Origin: an uncultured bacterium
GTDB lineage: Bacteria > Babelota > Babeliae > Babelales > Vermiphilaceae
Length of the DNA stretch: 64,000 nt
Reading direction: 5' to 3'
Assembly: GCA_963702025.1 (NCBI GenBank)
Contig: OY969699.1
Location: 896,001 to 960,000 of the forward strand
Part shown: positions 1 through 8,920 of the stretch, in pieces
Layout: every line of letters begins with the position of its first letter
Numbering within the stretch: position 1 is the first letter of the stretch
The notes under the pieces: generated by a model
What the model was told of the DNA's origin: nothing
Database searches by the model: none
The model's input: only the letters and a program-made list of their open reading frames with translations
Made by a program: the position numbers and the translations under genes

Positions 1-1447
1 TCTCTTTATGTTTGGCATGGGTAAAAAAAGAACGGATACTTTCTTTATATTGATCAATCTCCTGATTTTTTTTATATAATTCTTCCTGCAGCTCTTTTTC
101 CTGAAGAACAAGTTTTTCTATATTTCTATGTTGTAAAAGATGAAAGATGTTTCCTAAGTATTGCGCAAAAATGAGCATCTGATCCCGCTGTGTTGCGGTA
201 TATAATGCAGTGGGCAACGCATTTGATTCAACGATAACGTAGGCAATTATGTGGTTTTTTTCAAAGATAGGCAGAAAAATATCAGCGTTAATGGTGCTCA
301 AGAAATTAAGAATTTCAGAACGCTTAACATCTTCATCGTAAAAATTACTAAATGCTATCTCATCGTAAATAAGTATTTTATTTCGGCTAATAAAATCACA
401 GATTTCTGATGAATGTGACGAGCAAAATTCTTCAACTATTGCATCGATGTGGGTTGTTTTAGAATCAGCATTGTTGCGCGTAAATAAGGAGATTTTAGCT
501 TGTGGAATCGCGAATGCTTGTTTAAAAAAAGTGCTCGTGATTTGTCCCAATTCCTGCACCGATGTCGCAAAGCTTAACTGTTCAAGGATTATTCTAAAAT
601 CGTCAACAAAGTTAAAGGGGTGCTTTGCTTCCACATGACTGGTAAAATTTAAAAACCGCATACCCATAATGCGATTGATACAGCAATAAACGATGTAGGT
701 AATGAGTAGTGCCGATATTCCTTCAATAGCATAGGCATACGGCTTTATTACACTAAACTTGAAGTTGAACGCTATTAAGAGCTCGGTAGCAAGATAAGGC
801 ATCATCAAATATTTAATGATAATAGAAAGTTGATGATTTAATATTTTTGGCAGTGTACCCGATCTGATTTTTTTCAAACATAGATATAGACTGGGCAGAA
901 CCAGGAGTGCCAAAAAGTACTGAATTGTCAGTCTTATGAGAGTTGCTTCAAAAGAGATGTTAAATGCCTGAAGAGCATTAAGAGTATAGATATGCGACGT
1001 TTCTCCCACACCGTTATGCCCAAAGAAAGCAAGATAGATAAAAGATAAGCATGTAACGCTGCTCAATACCAATAACATTTTTTGATAGAGTTTTATGGTA
1101 TGCTTTTTTTCTGTGAGGCTATCCAAAAATAAACCGATTGCTTGATACTGAGGTATAAGCAGCGCCCACGCTATGCGCGCGCAAAAAAGAAATACACTGT
1201 TGGGAATTAAGGGAAAAAAAAGTAACCGAGAAAGCTTAATTGTCCATGCAATTTCGCCTGCCATTGATCCGGAAAGAACGAGGATTAAATAAATGCAGGT
1301 TTTTTTTGTACTCGGTGATCTGAATACTTGCGGAATCAATAAAACGAGAAGAATTGTTTTAAGCGCGAGTGAAACAAACATGGTTAAAAAAAGAAATTGT
1401 GGCGAATTTAAAAAGCTAAGCATGCTGAGCATGATTATTGATCTCAT
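1..1447 (-). CDS. Membrane-anchored regulator, paralog of 1676..4390 (3' part runs off the window)
   Basis: Not in the ORF track because it is truncated. Manual translation from the ATG at 1447 gives MRSIIMLSMLSFLNSPQFLFLTMFVSLALK...IYLILVLSGSMAGEIAW...QYQAIGLFL...RFLNFTSHV...IYDEIAFSNFYD, collinear with the 904-aa neighbour. Confidence 0.88.
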   Translation of the reverse strand, partial: MRSIIMLSMLSFLNSPQFLFLTMFVSLALKTILLVLLIPQVFRSPSTKKTCIYLILVLSGSMAGEIAWTIKLSRLLFFPLIPNSVFLFCARIAWALLIPQYQAIGLFLDSLTEKKHTIKLYQKMLLVLSSVTCLSFIYLAFFGHNGVGETSHIYTLNALQAFNISFEATLIRLTIQYFLALLVLPSLYLCLKKIRSGTLPKILNHQLSIIIKYLMMPYLATELLIAFNFKFSVIKPYAYAIEGISALLITYIVYCCINRIMGMRFLNFTSHVEAKHPFNFVDDFRIILEQLSFATSVQELGQITSTFFKQAFAIPQAKISLFTRNNADSKTTHIDAIVEEFCSSHSSEICDFISRNKILIYDEIAFSNFYDEDVKRSEILNFLSTINADIFLPIFEKNHIIAYVIVESNALPTALYTATQRDQMLIFAQYLGNIFHLLQHRNIEKLVLQEKELQEELYKKNQEIDQYKESIRSFFTHAKHKE

Positions 1448-1533
1448 TGTAAAGTATGTTTATACTACTACCCAAGTTAAGTAGATAGAATATATACATT
1501 TTTTTTAATATTAAAAACCTTAAGGGGAAGAAT

Positions 1534-1620
1534 ATGATTCGTCTTCACGGATTATTAATAGTTTTGACAGTTGCAGTAATAGCTGTTTTGCTCGGCGACT
1601 TTCCACCGCCAATTGGCTGA
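1534..1620 (+). CDS. Small 28-aa peptide MIRLHGLLIVLTVAVIAVLLGDFPPPIG, putative signalling-peptide precursor
   Basis: ATG preceded by purine-rich AAGGGGAAG. Basic N-region, hydrophobic core and polar Pro-rich tail. Divergent from the 1..1447 gene, with an analogous ORF at 4468. Confidence 0.72.
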   Translation: MIRLHGLLIVLTVAVIAVLLGDFPPPIG

Positions 1621-1675
1621 GCAATTTTCAAGCCATGAATTCTAACATAGGTTAGAAAGAAAAGAAACTAACAAA

Positions 1676-4390
1676 TTAGGAGAGTAGGTTGAATTCACGG
1701 CATCGGCGGTTAACTGAAGAGCGGTTTACGCCTAAAAATGCAGCAATTTTGTTTTGATTTTTAAATTTGTTCCACAGCATCACCATTATGCGCTTGTCAC
1801 GAAGTGCGTGTTTGCCAAGGCGCGCTGCTTGAATAAGATCGGGATCCGAGACATCAAATGCAGGATCAAACTGAATCTCTTGTTCAATGTTATTATCTTT
1901 TGATTTTTGTACCAACAGTGTTTGGACGCGATTTTTGAGCTCCTGGATGCTTGCCGGTTTTTGTTGCAAGATTTTTGCTTTATCTTTTTGACTCAAATCA
2001 AGAAATGCTTTTAAATCGTCATTTTTTATGGCTTGTTGCGCGAGCCCCTGCGTGAGTTCTGTTAATTCAGTTTCGGGCAATACGAGCAATGAAGGCATGC
2101 TAAGTGTTGCTTTTTTAAGCTCATTATAGAGTGCGGCGCTAAAATTTCCTTCTTGAACCAATGTTTGTAAATTCTGATTGGTAGAGCAAATAATGCGAGC
2201 GGCGCTTGCCATTTTTTGGGTACTCTTAAACATTTTATAGAATCCGAATTTAATAAATTCAGCAAGATGTTCTTGGGTTTCGCCATCCATGAACTCGATA
2301 TTTTGAATGAACAGTGTTCCATTTGCATCAAGTTTCTCTAGCAACGGTTTTGACTCGCTTACCGTGCCGAATATTTGGTTCATGCCAAAAAGCTTTACGG
2401 CAATATCATAGTTTTTGCTTGGCCCTTGCAATGTTAAAACATGCAGATTGGTGCGCATGCTAATATGATGAAGTAATTCTACGGTAGGCATTAGATCATC
2501 GTAGGCCATTTCTAGCAAGAGTGCTTTTTTGCTGAGTGCCATTTGTAAAAGATTGATTTTAAATTGTAAAAGATGTTGGCCGGTGCCGGGTATGAGCTGA
2601 TTAATAAGTTGTCCGGGTCTGGTGGTTTCCAGATATAACAAGTAATCCCAGGCTGAAGGATCCTTTAAATGGTCTATCTGATTGCTGATAATATCGGAAA
2701 AATCCGGGTAATAGGCGGTTATGATGACGTGATTTTTTTCTAAATTGGGAACACCGCTGATCACAATACGTTCGCCTTCACTATTTTTAGTGATACAACT
2801 TTGCGGGGCTTTGTATTCTTCAACTTGTTGCGCGAGAGCTTTGAGCGCTTTTGTGAGAGGGGCCCCTTGATTGATATTAACGTTAATTTTGATTATTTCT
2901 TTAGCGGCTTGATTAGCAAAAACAAAATGGCGATTTTTATAAAAGAGTATACCGATCTCTTTTTGCTTATTATTTTTTAAGAATGAATGAATGCTCTCTT
3001 TGTATTGATGAATTTCTTGATGTTTTTTATAAAGTTCTTCCTTGAGCTCTTTTTCTTGATAGATAAGTGATTCAAAGTTTCTGTTTTGCAGCAAGTTAAT
3101 AATATTTCCCAAATAGCTTGCAAATACCAGCATTTCATCCCGCTCAATTTTGCTATAAAATTCATGCAATCGAGCATGCCGTTCAACAATAATATAGCCG
3201 ATTATCTGATGATTTTTGTAAATTGGCAGGAAAATATCGGCATGTATGCTGTCCATGAATGTTAAAATTGTTTGATCAGGAGCATTGGGATCATAGAAAT
3301 TATTAAAATCTATTTCATCATAAATTAAAATTTTTACTTTATTGATACATTTTTCTAATGCCGGATCGGTGTTACTTAAAAATGTTTCGGCATACATTTC
3401 ATATTCTGACAAAAGCATTTTGTTTGATTGTTCATCAATGGTGCTCGCAGCACGAATATGTAAAGAGATGCGGCTACCGGGAACGTTAAACGCCTCTTTA
3501 AAAAATGCTTGTGTGATGTGGCTCAGTTCTTTAATACTTGTTGTTTTGCCCAGTTCTTCGAGGGTATCTTTAAAACCTTCAACAAAATTATACCGGTGTT
3601 GTTCTTGCACATGGTTTTTAAAATTTAAAAAACGAAATCCTATAATTTTTCTTGCACAAAAATATAATGCTACTGTTAAAAGGGCAGTCGATATTCCGAT
3701 AATAGAGTAGCAGCTTGTAAAGTACCCATGAAAAATGTTGAAGGGGTAATATTGTATAAAGTCTGAAAGTAGACGAGGGACTATTAAGAATTGAATTAAT
3801 ACCAAAAACTGTTTTTTAAGAATTTTCGGTGCTTTTTTTTGTTTTAAACTTTTTAGAGAATAATATATCGTAACGGGCATTAAAATGAAAACTGCATAAA
3901 ATGGGAAATAACTTTGACCTATTAATTGAATCGCAGATGGAGTTAATGAAAAGGTTGTTCTAACGCAGGAATATAAGAAAAGCAGTGAAAAGCAAAATGT
4001 TATAGAAATGAAGATTTTTTGTCTAATGTTTATTTTGGAAACCGGCTCTATCAAATTTTCCAAAAATAAAGCTAATGATTGATATTCGATGGTATAAAAT
4101 ATCCATGAAAATCTTGTAAGAAAAAGAATAGTGGAATGTAATGTAAAACTAGGATCGACGATGATAAATTCTTTTGTAGCCAAAATGACCCATGCTAAAT
4201 CTTCACACACTGCCCCAATTAGTACTAAAACTAAATAATTGCGAGATTTATTTAGGGATGGAATGTGTATTTTTTGTGCAAAAAGGATAATCAGAATGTA
4301 GATTTTTATTAATAATGAAATTGTATTGATACTTATCAGAAATGGATAACTACCAAAAACTAGTTCGATCAAAGAAAAGATATTATTCAT
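1676..4390 (-). CDS. ~7TM membrane sensor fused to GAF/PAS-like region, degenerate sigma54-activator-type AAA+ domain and Fis-type HTH
   Basis: About 7 hydrophobic helices in aa 1-250. GAF-like IFLPIY...IIGYIIV, PAS-like FANQAAKEI, AAA remnants GTLFIQNIE and RIICSTNQNL, C-terminal NQNKIAAFLGVNRSSVNR. Confidence 0.85.
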   Translation of the reverse strand: MNNIFSLIELVFGSYPFLISINTISLLIKIYILIILFAQKIHIPSLNKSRNYLVLVLIGAVCEDLAWVILATKEFIIVDPSFTLHSTILFLTRFSWIFYTIEYQSLALFLENLIEPVSKINIRQKIFISITFCFSLLFLYSCVRTTFSLTPSAIQLIGQSYFPFYAVFILMPVTIYYSLKSLKQKKAPKILKKQFLVLIQFLIVPRLLSDFIQYYPFNIFHGYFTSCYSIIGISTALLTVALYFCARKIIGFRFLNFKNHVQEQHRYNFVEGFKDTLEELGKTTSIKELSHITQAFFKEAFNVPGSRISLHIRAASTIDEQSNKMLLSEYEMYAETFLSNTDPALEKCINKVKILIYDEIDFNNFYDPNAPDQTILTFMDSIHADIFLPIYKNHQIIGYIIVERHARLHEFYSKIERDEMLVFASYLGNIINLLQNRNFESLIYQEKELKEELYKKHQEIHQYKESIHSFLKNNKQKEIGILFYKNRHFVFANQAAKEIIKINVNINQGAPLTKALKALAQQVEEYKAPQSCITKNSEGERIVISGVPNLEKNHVIITAYYPDFSDIISNQIDHLKDPSAWDYLLYLETTRPGQLINQLIPGTGQHLLQFKINLLQMALSKKALLLEMAYDDLMPTVELLHHISMRTNLHVLTLQGPSKNYDIAVKLFGMNQIFGTVSESKPLLEKLDANGTLFIQNIEFMDGETQEHLAEFIKFGFYKMFKSTQKMASAARIICSTNQNLQTLVQEGNFSAALYNELKKATLSMPSLLVLPETELTELTQGLAQQAIKNDDLKAFLDLSQKDKAKILQQKPASIQELKNRVQTLLVQKSKDNNIEQEIQFDPAFDVSDPDLIQAARLGKHALRDKRIMVMLWNKFKNQNKIAAFLGVNRSSVNRRCREFNLLS

Positions 4391-4467
4391 AAGGATAATA
4401 TTGCCATTAAAAAAGCTAATCGTTATAATAAAGATGGTTTTTAAAGGTATAAATCAGGAGTTTCATT

Positions 4468-4578
4468 ATGCGTCGATTCGTTTTTCATTTTTATAAACTT
4501 TTAGATGCAAGATTATTGCTTGCTTTATTTGTACTTGCCTCGATAGTTCTTACTGATGGTCCTCCATCTGGTACATAA
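4468..4578 (+). CDS. Small 36-aa peptide MRRFVFHFYKLLDARLLLALFVLASIVLTDGPPSGT, putative signalling-peptide precursor
   Basis: AGGAG Shine-Dalgarno at 4456-4460, 7 nt before the ATG. Hydrophobic core followed by DGPPSGT. Divergent from 1676..4390. Confidence 0.75.
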   Translation: MRRFVFHFYKLLDARLLLALFVLASIVLTDGPPSGT

Positions 4579-4620
4579 TTTCATCCTATCACAATTCTAA
4601 CTTTTAACAAATAAAGCTTT

Positions 4621-5301
4621 TTGCTTCGTGGAGTGTCGGTGGATAAACAGGCTCGCGCTATTCGCATTATCGAAATTCTGCGTAAAGCAACAAAGGGCAT
4701 GGAACAGCCGGCTTCACTTCAAATTGTAAAGAGGTATGGAAAAGATCCGTACCTCGTTCTTGTGAGCTGTCTTTTGAGCTTGCGGACAAAAGATACAGTC
4801 TCTTTTCCTGCTTCTCAGCGACTTTTTGAACATGCCAGAAATCCTATAGAAATGCTCAAACTTCCCCTTCCAACCATAGAAAAACTTATTTATCCGACCG
4901 GTTTTTATCGAAGAAAAGCGCGTTTGCTGCACGAAGTAAGCGCTGATTTATTGCATCGTTTTAATGGCACGGTGCCGCACACCTTTGAGGAATTAACCTC
5001 GATAAAAGGGGTGGGAAATAAAACTGCCAATTTAGTTTTGGGTGTGGCCTTTGATATTCCTGCCATTTGTGTTGACACGCATGTTCATCGCATCTCTAAT
5101 CGTTTGGGACTGGTAAAAACTACCTCGGCCGACGAGACTGAGTTGGCACTTAAAAAATTACTCCCGAGCCGTTATTGGATTGAATTTAACCATTTGCTCG
5201 TGCTTTGGGGCCAAAATATTTGTGTCCCGATATCCCCATTTTGTTCAAAATGTGCCATTGCTGATCTTTGCCCTCGTGTTGGCGTGACCAGACATCGATG
5301 A
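4621..5301 (+). CDS. nth: Endonuclease III (real start may be the GTG near 4639)
   Basis: HhH motif IKGVGNKTANLVL, VDTHVHRISNRLG and 4Fe-4S motif C-x6-C-x2-C-x5-C. Confidence 0.96.
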   Translation: MLRGVSVDKQARAIRIIEILRKATKGMEQPASLQIVKRYGKDPYLVLVSCLLSLRTKDTVSFPASQRLFEHARNPIEMLKLPLPTIEKLIYPTGFYRRKARLLHEVSADLLHRFNGTVPHTFEELTSIKGVGNKTANLVLGVAFDIPAICVDTHVHRISNRLGLVKTTSADETELALKKLLPSRYWIEFNHLLVLWGQNICVPISPFCSKCAIADLCPRVGVTRHR

Positions 5302-5320
5302 CTTATGCATCGATAATAAA

Positions 5321-5347
5321 TGCTTCGACGAGCTCAGCACGAACGGA
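5321..5347. repeat. Half copy of the dispersed palindromic element (TTCGAC..GCTCA family)
   Basis: TGCTTCGACGAGCTCAGCACGAACGG is nearly the reverse complement of 50764-50789. Confidence 0.7.
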
Positions 5348-5413
5348 TTCGGGCTGGCTGGGGGCATCGAGGAATTTCAGCGTAATACAATAGGTTTTTA
5401 GCCATCACTTGTT

Positions 5414-6427
5414 TTATTCCATATACTCGACCGGTGGTTCATATTCATTGATGATTCGTGCAATTTCTGGGTGGCCCTGTTGCTCGGCCCAATTGGCTGC
5501 AGTATGTCGAGTACTATCCACTTTATCTGGATCAGCCCCATATTGAAGCAAATCTTTAACAATATTGGTATAACCATTAATTGCTGCGGTAATCAGTGGT
5601 GTTGATCCGGCATAGTCTGTGATGTTTGGATTTGATCCACGAATTAATAATAGCTTAACAAGGGGGAAATACCCTTTTCTTGCCGCTTGTAATAATGCCG
5701 TTTCATCATAATTGTTTTGGGCATCAAGGTTAGGTTCATATGGAAGGAGACGATATATCATATCAATATTGTTAGCTTGGACCGCTTTCATGAGAGGTGT
5801 GTCGCCGGTGATGATATCTTTTGTATTAACATCCACAACATCAGTTTGCAAAAGATCATCCACTAAATTTTTGGCCGTTGGTGTTCTTTCTTGCATGGTC
5901 AGCAAAAGAAGATTTTCAGCCTGCGCTTTAAGTTCCGGACTTGCTTTTAGTTTGGCGGCTAAGGCCTTACTTCCTGTTAGTAGTGAAAAAAGTTGTTTAA
6001 CAAACTCGGGAGCATTTGGCTCATTACTGTATTCTGCCAGCAAGAGTGCTTCAGATGCTTGTTTTTTTAATGCTTCGTTGGTATTAATTTGTGAGCTGAT
6101 AAGGTTGAAAATTCCTTTTAATCCTTGATTTTCAGCGTTCCATGCAGCAATGATGATATTGCCGTTGGTAAATTTGTTTGATATGGCAGTAAGCAGGTTG
6201 GCCAGAATTTCAGGATTTTTACTGATAATTGTTTTAAATACTGCATATTGATTTATGGGGGCAAATGCCTCTTCAATTGATTTTGCAGGCTCAACATAGT
6301 TGGCTATATATGTGTCTAAAAATGGCTTTGTTTGTCCCATTTCCATGCTATTTATTAAAGTTGCCTGCAGGGCAACTATGAGAACTAAAAGAATTTTTAA
6401 CTGATTTTGTGGTTTCATATTATTCAC
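5414..6427 (-). CDS. Exported ankyrin-repeat protein
   Basis: Signal peptide then SMEM. Repeats GDTPLMKAV, ETALLQAA, STPLITAA. Confidence 0.92.
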   Translation of the reverse strand: MNNMKPQNQLKILLVLIVALQATLINSMEMGQTKPFLDTYIANYVEPAKSIEEAFAPINQYAVFKTIISKNPEILANLLTAISNKFTNGNIIIAAWNAENQGLKGIFNLISSQINTNEALKKQASEALLLAEYSNEPNAPEFVKQLFSLLTGSKALAAKLKASPELKAQAENLLLLTMQERTPTAKNLVDDLLQTDVVDVNTKDIITGDTPLMKAVQANNIDMIYRLLPYEPNLDAQNNYDETALLQAARKGYFPLVKLLLIRGSNPNITDYAGSTPLITAAINGYTNIVKDLLQYGADPDKVDSTRHTAANWAEQQGHPEIARIINEYEPPVEYME

Positions 6428-6563
6428 CTTTTTTTAAAATATCCTTTACTATTACTATTTTACTAACAAAGTAATTCAAATTGCAATAATTTTAAAGATT
6501 ATTCTTAGATTCTCGTTTTCCACCTGCTTTACCCTGTATTTAAAGACAAAAGCAGCAATATTA

Positions 6564-6593
6564 TTGACAAATTGAGTTATCATCAGTTAGAAT
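6564..6593 (+). promoter_or_regulatory. sigma70-like promoter
   Basis: TTGACA-N18-TAGAAT upstream of the 6629 ATG. Confidence 0.5.
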
Positions 6594-6628
6594 TTAGTAT
6601 AGATGAGACTAGGCTTAAAAAAGGGAAT

Positions 6629-7936
6629 ATGATGAAATTTTTATACTATTTTGCCACATTATTGATAATTGCCTGCCCTTTGCTTGCTATGGAGCTGCCG
6701 GGCAAACAAATAAAGAAACGAGCGGGTGAAGAAATTGAGCAAGAAAAGCCAACAAAAGTACCGGCTCTTGAAGTATGTCAAGAAAAAGAGATTGAAAAAT
6801 TGCAGGAAGAAGAATGGAAGCAAAAATCTGAATTTGAACAATTGCCTGATGAGATAAAGCAGCATATTTTCAGCTATTTAACAACATCGCGAGGTGCAAC
6901 TAAAGAAGCTCGTTTGCATGTAGCAGCAGAGAATATTAGATCCTTAGTAAGAACAAGTAAGGTATTTCAGTTGTTCTTGGATGATCAGCAAATTGCAGGT
7001 TATCTGTTTCATGAATTGGCAAAAAATTATGTTGCAGCAGATCCAAAAAATGTGACTCCAAAAGATTTGGTAACCGCTGCGCTTGCTTTGCAAACTGCCG
7101 GAGCAGGAAGATGGCTGAATGGTAAAGCATTTGTATTGGATCATTCTCTTGTCACCGATATCGGTAAACAAATAATTAATAAGTTTTTCATGGCTGCGCA
7201 AGATAGTGATTGGGCAAAGTTAAACTTTCTTATCCGTTACATTCCTAATTTGATAACGAGCGTTAATGATAAGAACTGGACATTATTACAGGTTGCAGCA
7301 GATTCAGGTGATCTCAAATTAGTAAATTTTGCAATTGATGCTTATAAAGCAATAAATAGGCTTGATTTATTTTTGGCGCCGACCCCACAGCATACATCTC
7401 CTTTATCATTTGCAGCATTTAGTGGAAATGTGGCAGTTTTTGATCTGATTTATAATAACATTCCTATTAATTATCGTACTTTTATTGTTCAATCATTTAA
7501 TCAGGAAGGGTACAATGTTTTGCATATGGCAGTGGGAGCAAAAGGCCATAGTGCTATGATTGATCGAGTTCGTCAACTGCCAGAAATTGGATTTCTTGTT
7601 AATCAAGCTGATAGACGGTCAAATAATCCCCTTATGGTAGCTATTGCAAATGATGATCTTGATGCAGTAGAGAGATTGGTGGCCATTCCGGGAATAGCGC
7701 TTAATTTTCGGGGTCCAGGTGGGGCAACGGCACTTATTCAAGCGGTAAAAAAATTTAATGTGGAAATGATCAAGATGCTTTTAAATCAGCCGAATATCGA
7801 TGTTAACATAGAAGATATATTCGGCCGTAACGCATTTTATTATTCGCAATACCAACCATTACCAACCACATGCGCATTTTCTCCAACCGTGCGGAATGCT
7901 ATTAATAAATTGCTACGTCAGCATGGGGCACATTAA
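6629..7936 (+). CDS. Exported F-box-like + ankyrin-repeat protein
   Basis: Signal peptide (start taken at ATG 6629), FEQLPDEIKQHIFSYL F-box-like motif, ankyrin repeats. Confidence 0.88.
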   Translation: MMKFLYYFATLLIIACPLLAMELPGKQIKKRAGEEIEQEKPTKVPALEVCQEKEIEKLQEEEWKQKSEFEQLPDEIKQHIFSYLTTSRGATKEARLHVAAENIRSLVRTSKVFQLFLDDQQIAGYLFHELAKNYVAADPKNVTPKDLVTAALALQTAGAGRWLNGKAFVLDHSLVTDIGKQIINKFFMAAQDSDWAKLNFLIRYIPNLITSVNDKNWTLLQVAADSGDLKLVNFAIDAYKAINRLDLFLAPTPQHTSPLSFAAFSGNVAVFDLIYNNIPINYRTFIVQSFNQEGYNVLHMAVGAKGHSAMIDRVRQLPEIGFLVNQADRRSNNPLMVAIANDDLDAVERLVAIPGIALNFRGPGGATALIQAVKKFNVEMIKMLLNQPNIDVNIEDIFGRNAFYYSQYQPLPTTCAFSPTVRNAINKLLRQHGAH

Positions 7937-8082
7937 AATGAAGCGCTATGATTTCCCCTTTATTCTAGTCCTTTTTTTTTCCCGTTTCTCTTATTGCGTG
8001 CCAACTATTTATTGACAATTAGAAATATAATTTGATAGAGTTAAAATAGCTTAAATTATTGTTTAAAAATCGGAGTATTTTT

Positions 8083-8874
8083 ATGAAACGTACTATTTTA
8101 GTTTTAACCATATTGTCTTTTTTAGTTGTAAGTAATCTGAATGCGATTGCAATTGAAATAAAGCCCATAACAGAAGTTGTTGGCGCGAATCAAGGAAATG
8201 AGGACCCGATTTCGCATGAGCCTTTTATTGATTTAATTAAAGAAAAACAAGATCTGGGTCTTCCCTATATTATTGCTCAGGTTAAAACCATTGCCAAGGG
8301 TAAAGAAACATTTCATATCTATGATGCCGCAGCATTTAATCGCTATTTATTCGGACGAGAAACCCCGCTTGCGCTTAAAAAAGAAACGCTTCCCACGTTG
8401 TTAAGGGTAAAGATGAATCCTGCCAATCGTTTGCCGATGCAGCAAATTTCTTATTTTATTCGCTATCCCGATAAAGATTATTTTGAATTTGCCGGATCGG
8501 AACAAGATTTTTTCTCAGCGAAGCCAACCTCACTATTTTTTATACTGATGGCCAATTTTAGTGGTATTGATTCTGCAAGAAATACTTTAGCAGAGGCCTA
8601 TTTTAAAGCAAAAGACTATGAAAAATCAAAATTCTATTTCGAACTTGCATATAGATTAAATAAGGCCCTTGATTGGAAAGGAAGAGCTGCTTACTACCTT
8701 GGTACCATGTATGAAGAGGGTTTGGGTGTGCCACAAGACGATGCCAAAGCTCTTAAATATCTTAAAGAAGCAGTTGATTTAATGCCCGAAATAGCAGGAG
8801 TTGAAAACCCATTTAAGGTAAGATTACGTGCGCTCGAAGAGCGTATGGAAAGGAAGTTTCAAAAAAGCTGGTAA
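8083..8874 (+). CDS. Exported Sel1/TPR-repeat protein
   Basis: Signal peptide and Sel1 motif AAYYLGTMYEEGLGVPQDDAKALKYL. Confidence 0.85.
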   Translation: MKRTILVLTILSFLVVSNLNAIAIEIKPITEVVGANQGNEDPISHEPFIDLIKEKQDLGLPYIIAQVKTIAKGKETFHIYDAAAFNRYLFGRETPLALKKETLPTLLRVKMNPANRLPMQQISYFIRYPDKDYFEFAGSEQDFFSAKPTSLFFILMANFSGIDSARNTLAEAYFKAKDYEKSKFYFELAYRLNKALDWKGRAAYYLGTMYEEGLGVPQDDAKALKYLKEAVDLMPEIAGVENPFKVRLRALEERMERKFQKSW

Positions 8875-8920
8875 AAGAAGTGAAATAGGGAATTATTGTT
8901 TAAAAAACGGAGTTTTTAGA

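Noticed and set aside
447..1484. Short plus-strand ORFs 447..638 and 1293..1484
   Set aside because: Shadow ORFs antisense to the truncated 1..1447 regulator gene.
4391..4467. sigma54 -24/-12 promoter in the regulator-peptide intergenic regions
   Set aside because: No convincing TGGCAC-N5-TTGC match here or in 1448-1533, consistent with the degenerate AAA+ domain.
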